Origin: Oopsacas minuta
Taxonomy: Eukaryota; Animalia; Porifera
Assembly: GCA_024704765.1 (NCBI GenBank)
Contig: JAKMXF010000044.1
Span: 310,001 to 374,000, forward strand
DNA length: 64,000 nt
Reading direction: 5' to 3'
The notes under the pieces are model-generated. The model was given only the letters and a program-made list of their open reading frames with translations, had not been told where the DNA came from and made no database searches. This document shows positions 58,147 to 64,000 of this stretch, one piece after another. Position 1 is the stretch's first letter. Each line of letters opens with the position of its first letter. Made by a program: the position numbers and the translations under genes.

Positions 58147-58704
58147 TTATTGGTTATGTTTTCCACAAACCCATTTAAACTTGAGTGAAATATTATCCGT
58201 AACTTTCAAAATATCTTGTACAGATATCCAGGTGCATTGACATGCATAAGCTCTGCTGCCTTTCAACAGTTTGGTTTCTGAAATTAACTTTAACTTATCA
58301 GGCATGTGATTCCTGAAAAATAGATAATCAGTTGATTGAGTCCATTTCCTGTTATCAATTGAGATAATACTAAAGTCACAAGATGTACAACGAATATTGT
58401 CACAGGCTTTGAGAATGAAATTTGAAGATTTACCCATAGTTCTTTTGGTACCAGCAAGATACAGCTGATCGCATTTATTAATAGGTTTATGTTGCGTTAT
58501 TTGATGCGATATTGATGTCAATTTTCTTGAAGGTGGAGAATTTTCAATTTGGTTAATATCTTCTAATAACATTTCTACTTCTATGTCTATCTCTTCCTGA
58601 CGAGGTTTTTCCGAATAAGGGACGGGGGATTTTGAAGGGGACAGTATATATCTAGATTCAACTTCATCCAGCAAATTGTCTAATTCCGCATCCACATGAT
58701 TCAT
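58147..58704 (-). CDS. CFAP418: Cilia- and flagella-associated protein 418 (C8orf37/BBS21), ~185 aa
   Basis: ELDNLLDEVES, ACDNIRCTSCDF, DYLFFRNHMPD, GSRAYACQCTW and KWVCGKH. The likely ATG is at 58704. Confidence 0.95.
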   Translation of the reverse strand: MNHVDAELDNLLDEVESRYILSPSKSPVPYSEKPRQEEIDIEVEMLLEDINQIENSPPSRKLTSISHQITQHKPINKCDQLYLAGTKRTMGKSSNFILKACDNIRCTSCDFSIISIDNRKWTQSTDYLFFRNHMPDKLKLISETKLLKGSRAYACQCTWISVQDILKVTDNISLKFKWVCGKHNQ

Positions 58705-58788
58705 TATAATAATAATTATATTGCTAGAATATTTTCTACAAATTGCTATTTGATAATGTATAACCATAGTAGATATTCACTGTTTATA

Positions 58789-59546
58789 ACCATGGATTAC
58801 TACAAGTCTATTAAATTTGGTAGGCAATTTAATATTCTCGATAACATCGAATTGGTACATTTTGGCTCGAATAAATCTATTATTGATAGATAATAATCCA
58901 CGCAAGTCATGTGATCTAACTATTACCAATTCGAAATTACGTATACTACATACCCAACTTCCCACACCCTTGTAATACATTTTGATACATTTTGATACGA
59001 TTTCTCTATCCGGTGTGACATAATCGTGAATATACCCATATTTGGTCATTATCAGGATATACACCATAGTGCTTAGAGATACCGTCTCAAGCTGTATTAC
59101 AAGGGTATGGGAAGTTGGGTATGTAGTACATATTGGCTGGACTGATTTGACCAAAACTCTCGCGACAATCGAGTTATAAGTGGAGATTGGCCAAAAAATG
59201 TGCCACCCACGGTATCTAGTATAATCAATAACGTGACAGCTTTATAATTAGAAAAATGTATATTTTATGTATAAACATCCTCAGATTACTTGATATTAAT
59301 CCTGAAATCAAAGACGCATTAGCGATCTTTTATCAGAGCTATTAAAATGGGGAGATTTTGGCCACATGTTGCCCTTTGAACCAAACAAATGGTGTCATTT
59401 CGAACTAGTAATAGTTAGATCACATGACTTGTGTTGATCATTATCTATCAATATTAGATTTATTCGAGGCAAAATGTACCAATTCGATATTATCGAGAAT
59501 ATAAAATTTTGCCTACCAAAATGAATAGCTTGAAGTAATCCATGGT
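58789..59546. mobile_element. Non-autonomous element with ~145-bp imperfect TIRs beginning (AC)CATGGATTAC
   Basis: 58789-~58935 is the reverse complement of ~59402-59546 with scattered mismatches; no coding core; TSD ambiguous (TA or none). Confidence 0.75.
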
Positions 59547-60021
59547 TAGGAATATATGGTCAGTGAACAGGCTATAGCTACGTAGGCTGTGAATTCTATT
59601 GTATAACATTCCTGGGTATTGAAGAATTTTAGTACGCCTTAAACAATTCAATAAAATATGTACGTATGTACAAATCTTGTACTAATATAATCCTAGGGAA
59701 CTCGAGTTATAGATGAATTCTGCCACACACAACCGCCGCCCCCCCCCCCTGTGTAGCGGATGTATAATTACGTGCCCGTAACAAATATAGATACAAATAT
59801 AGAAAAATTAAGTTTTTATATAAAATTATATTAATTATGTCTGGAATCTCACTAGAGTGACAAACATAACAGCTAAAAGACTAGCAACAAATAAACATTT
59901 CTACAAAAGCTAAAATAGTAACACATTGTATAAAATTATTGAAAAGTGGTAATAAGAAGCTTCGCTGGCAACTATAGTACTCTTGTTAGTAAGTGATCCG
60001 CGTAGCAGTGAGTCTATATAT

Positions 60022-61563
60022 CTAACTAATGGTATCGCTATTCACGAAATTGTTGATGTGAGGAGGTAGAGAAATGGGAGGAGGGATATTAGCTCTATTC
60101 TGTCTGAGGAGAGTATTATTCCCGCTGTTCTGTTGGATGATACAAGGATGGTCAGAGTTCTTTGAGATTTGTGAAGCAGAGTTGGTGTCAACTTCTGGGG
60201 TAGTAATACTCGTCGAGGTGGGAGACATCTTGGTCTGTGGGGTATTCTCTAAGGGTTGTACTCCTAGAGAGTCCTCTGAAGGAGGGGCACCTTGAAATTG
60301 GAAAAGTGCCCTCCTGGACTGTTGGCGTTTCTCCGGTTCAATCATATGTTGTTGGTAATAAGGAACATGTCCCTGCTGATAGAAACTGTTAGCAGTTGGA
60401 ACGAATTGAGGGTAAAACGGATTGAAATTAGCAGAGATACAAGGCAGTATATTATCAGTACGGTAATGAGGAGCTGTTGTCATGCTAGAGTGAGGAGCTT
60501 GTTGTAGCAACATCTCTCCAGGGACTGTTTGGGGTACTACAGGGTCCACTTTTGATTTCTTAATCATGGATGGATCCTCACTCGATTTAGTAGCAGTTTC
60601 TAGGTCCCGTTTACGGAGAGCTTCCTTCTTACTAGTGCGATGTGTCTTTGTCTTACCGCTAGGAGCAGATACTGGTGGTTGTAGGGTTGTGAGAGCCTCT
60701 TGTACAGCATATGGAATGAATATAGATGGACGCTGACAGTTAGGATCATAAGGAAATATATGATCAATGTTGGGGTAGGATTGAGTGGGGATGAGGGTCT
60801 GTCTGGGACCTGAATACATATCAGGGTATACTAGGGTATCCTGACCAGTACCCGTTAAGGGGGCGTAAGGAGCGGATCCAGGTTGTAGAGGGACATATAC
60901 CTGTTGGTAAGGAGGAGCTGAGTGAGGTATAAAGCCGTGAGTGAGGTAACAGGGACACTGCTGGAAGGAGAGATGGTCTTCTAGGACAGGACGTGTCAGC
61001 TGATATCCTCCTGGTGGGACATGGACGAGTAGAGGATTGGTTTGGGGATTGAGGGATGTTGAGCTAGGGTGAAGTTCAGTGGGGTGAGACATCTGTACAA
61101 GAGAGGGGTAGCTCTGTTCATGGTAATAAGGGAGACCAGCTGTTGGGGGGAGTCTGGAGAGAGGTGGGAGTAAGTTAGGACCAGAGTCTTGTTTCTGCGG
61201 TTTCTGAGTTGGAGGGAGCTGCTTTAGACACGCCTTCTTGTTTTCATTACGCTTATTGGGACCAGAGATAGGGTTGAGGGGAGGATGAGAATTAGTGACA
61301 GTACCCTCAACAAAGTCCTGTCTAGAAGTGTCTGGTTGATCTATGTTAGTGAGGAAGTGAGGATCTTGAGAATCACCCCTGGGAAGCACTATCGATTGGT
61401 CTATAGGAACGAAACGGGGAATAGGACCTTCTACTTCCGTTATAGTTGGTTGTAACTCATCAGCTGATGCTATTTCAGTGAGAGGATCGTCACTGGTGAT
61501 GTTCGAGAGCAGTCTCTCACTATCTGTAGCAGTAGGCAGCGAGTAGTGGTCTACGCTCTGCAT
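60022..61563 (-). CDS. Hypothetical Pro/Gln/Ser/Thr-rich, likely disordered protein, intronless, 513 aa
   Basis: Intact 1.5-kb ATG-to-stop ORF with GC well above its flanks; basic patch KTKTHRTSKKEALRKR; no recognisable domain. Confidence 0.8.
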   Translation of the reverse strand: MQSVDHYSLPTATDSERLLSNITSDDPLTEIASADELQPTITEVEGPIPRFVPIDQSIVLPRGDSQDPHFLTNIDQPDTSRQDFVEGTVTNSHPPLNPISGPNKRNENKKACLKQLPPTQKPQKQDSGPNLLPPLSRLPPTAGLPYYHEQSYPSLVQMSHPTELHPSSTSLNPQTNPLLVHVPPGGYQLTRPVLEDHLSFQQCPCYLTHGFIPHSAPPYQQVYVPLQPGSAPYAPLTGTGQDTLVYPDMYSGPRQTLIPTQSYPNIDHIFPYDPNCQRPSIFIPYAVQEALTTLQPPVSAPSGKTKTHRTSKKEALRKRDLETATKSSEDPSMIKKSKVDPVVPQTVPGEMLLQQAPHSSMTTAPHYRTDNILPCISANFNPFYPQFVPTANSFYQQGHVPYYQQHMIEPEKRQQSRRALFQFQGAPPSEDSLGVQPLENTPQTKMSPTSTSITTPEVDTNSASQISKNSDHPCIIQQNSGNNTLLRQNRANIPPPISLPPHINNFVNSDTIS

Positions 61564-62844
61564 TGGGTAATGAGCTTATGTGGATATAATATATTATTTA
61601 ACGCGTATATAGGATGAATTATTCTAATCTGTAAATGATCAGAACGGGAATATTTAAGGAGATGAGACCCAAGCCTATCACTGAATTTGGGAGTACTTCA
61701 TATAGGAAAGATGTATTAGCTAAGTTCCACCCACCACCCAAGAAGGGAAGGTATATAATCAGAAGAATACACTCACACTTAGAAGAGAGGTATTGAATAC
61801 ATTCATTTTCTATTATTACAAATATTCAAGTTATGCTCATTCATAAAAGATTTGATCAAATTTCCTATTAAAATGCTTGAGTGTAATAGAATTCATGATT
61901 ATACATACTCTACAGGTCATTAGATCTCCAGATTAATGATCGTTCCATGAATCAATAAACCAGCAAGTTATGGTGCAACTTGAGTAAATAATATTCAAAC
62001 TTTAAACGTAAATGTAATTCAAGCCTGGAGAGTGGACTGGTACATGAGTCGGTGCTTGTCTTAACTGCCACACCAGTTGTGCCGATATAAATCATAATCT
62101 TGTATATTAAATCTCGACGGATTTTGTTTTATGGGTTTGTCCAAGTTGATCGAAGAATTGGTAAGAGCTACGTACTTGAAAATTGGCATGTGTATGTAAC
62201 TTGGTAAAACTTAGATGAAATGATAATTTAATAGCGGTTTGTATTCGAAATTCATACTTGGAAATAAAATAAAAATTGAAGAAATAAATATTATAATAGT
62301 TGTGAATGTGTTAGTATTTTAGAAAATTAATATAACCAATCGAGCAACTAAAACACGTAATGAAGTTATAAATTCAAATCCTTACCAAGTACCAACAGCT
62401 TGAGGAACACATTAAGTCCATAGTGATGTTCGCATTCCCCAAAATTGTTACTCAATCATCTCAGCATAATTGTATTAGAAGTACGTAATAATCTGCAAGT
62501 AATTTTGCTTAATAAAAGAATACAAAATTCATTAAAAGCAATTAAATTTGCATTTCAAGGATGTAAACTTGTTCTCTGAAATGTTATTACGTATCATAAT
62601 TAAATCTTGAAAATCCATTGTAATTGCAAATGTGAACTGTGAATTAGCTAAAGGTAAAATAGAAATTTATAAATTACTGGAGATTTGGAAATTTAGAGCA
62701 AATTTTGTGTAAGAGTTTTCCGTGTAAAAGAATTTCGTGGGTTACATAAAACAAGAAATCAAAATATCCATGGTTGTAGTAAATGGAAAATCAAAAAAAT
62801 TATTAAAAGCCTAAAGCAGTTGTCCGCGAAATATTTGTACAATT

Positions 62845-63075
62845 TAGTATTCGATATAAGCGGGTATTTCGATATGTAGAACTCGGATAAGACGTACCTT
62901 TGGTTTGTACTTTTCCCAAAACAGATCATCAATTTCCTTGTATAGAAAAAATATTCGGATAAGACGTACTTAGCTTCAGTTATGGATAGTACGTACTATT
63001 TTTGTTTCCCGAGAGGCGTACGTCTAATCCGAGCTCTACTGTATCCATGTTCGATATAACTAGAGCTGACTGCAA
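62845..63075. mobile_element. Nested MITEs: an element of the 21068 family (62876-63041) inserted into the TIR of an element of the 53764 family
   Basis: Inner element has GTAGAACTCGGATAAGACG / CGTCTAATCCGAGCTCTACTG-TA ends. Its flanks (TTCGATATAAGCGGGTATTTCGATAT and CCATGTTCGATATAACTAGAG) join into the reverse complement of the 53764 TIR. Confidence 0.7.
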
Positions 63076-64000
63076 TACGTACCATGTATAGGGCGTAAGG
63101 CGATCCTTAATAAATTATCCCTATACATAATTCCCGATCTTTCCTTTAAAAAGGATTGACGATCATGGGTGCGATAATTTATTGAGGGTCGAATTACACA
63201 CTAATAATTTCAAAATATGTGTATTCATTCAATCCCTAACATTCTTGCGATCTATTCTATATAGTGAAACCGCACTATACAAAACACTCGTGGGACCGAA
63301 AACTACCAGCTATATACTTAAATAGAGGTGTTCCCCAGGGATGTATTGTGGGGAACGTGAACGCGCTTCTTTATGGATAATTTAACTGTATTTTCAGTTT
63401 AGAAATTATAATTTAACATTTTATGGCCAAGTAATATATTTTTGTATTATCCTATTTTGTGTTAATATCGTTTTCATGTTGGATTGCTTATTATCCTTCG
63501 ATTTTCAACTAACAAGTACTAAATATGATAGCATCCACGTTTTTGTACTCGGAATCTTCCACAATTAATGAAAATATCTTGTATCTCAAAGGATGTAGAC
63601 AAGTTTGGGAACCTAGGATATCAAAAAGATGCAGAAATTAGTGGAGGAGGGGGCAGTGCTTTGGAGTGTTCCCTTACTTCTATACTTAGGAATACACCCC
63701 TGGTGTTCCCTAATGAGAGGGTAAAGTAGTCATTAGCTCCCCAACTGTAGTACAGGAGTATAATTATCACACACTAGTGATTCTTAAACTATTAAATTTT
63801 AAGTACACTCTTGTGCCTATGAATTGCGTAATACATATATTTTGCCTAAGATAATGTATTGAAATAATTAATTGGATGATAATAAACACCACATGGCCAT
63901 TACTCAGATGAATGGCATGTAGAACTGATACATTTACCACCAACAGCCTTATTAATATTCTCTCGATAATTAAAATTAACCTTCATCATTAATATATGAA

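Noticed and set aside
1-64000. tRNA, rRNA, snRNA genes and CRISPR arrays
   Set aside because: No T-loop/anticodon cloverleaf, rRNA or U-snRNA signatures and no regularly spaced repeat-spacer array were seen by eye; the context is eukaryotic. tRNAscan-SE/Infernal would be needed to exclude them formally.

Overview
AT-rich eukaryotic (animal) genomic DNA in two distinct parts. Positions ~1-17.2 kb are a transposon-dense, gene-poor block. It holds four decayed IS630-Tc1-mariner elements from three families (DD34E, two DD37E, DD41D), a full-length decayed PIF/Harbinger element with a CTG target duplication, a likely P-element excision footprint, MITEs, decayed ORFs and one isolated intact ESRP-like RRM exon. 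Positions ~17.2-61.6 kb are a compact, intron-poor gene block with 17 apparently intact genes, 15 of them on the minus strand: two serine racemase paralogues, BBS4, SFI1-like, NCKAP1, a PIN/FEN-like nuclease, NAAA, CCDC83-like, HAP40/F8A, DNAAF6/PIH1D3, IQCC, CFAP418/C8orf37, a coiled-coil+DUSP-UBL protein, a Nudix-CCCH-WD40 protein and three unknowns. Two TRIM/NHL-type pseudogenes, also on the minus strand, and many MITEs are interspersed. The intron-poor genes, TRIM/NHL relics and low GC resemble a sponge genome, possibly a hexactinellid such as Oopsacas; this is inference, not verified. The main leads are: (i) a 3' splice-acceptor-like AG, usually TAG, a few bases before almost every start codon in a co-oriented, cilium-enriched gene run, suggesting SL trans-splicing or operon-like expression; (ii) a five-exon Nudix(degenerate)-CCCH-WD40 gene with an architecture I do not recognise; (iii) a DUSP-UBL protein with no USP catalytic domain; (iv) a PIN-family nuclease with its acidic motifs retained; and (v) gene conversion and substrate-loop divergence between the two racemases. 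All assignments come from reading the sequence and recalling family motifs; no searches were run.
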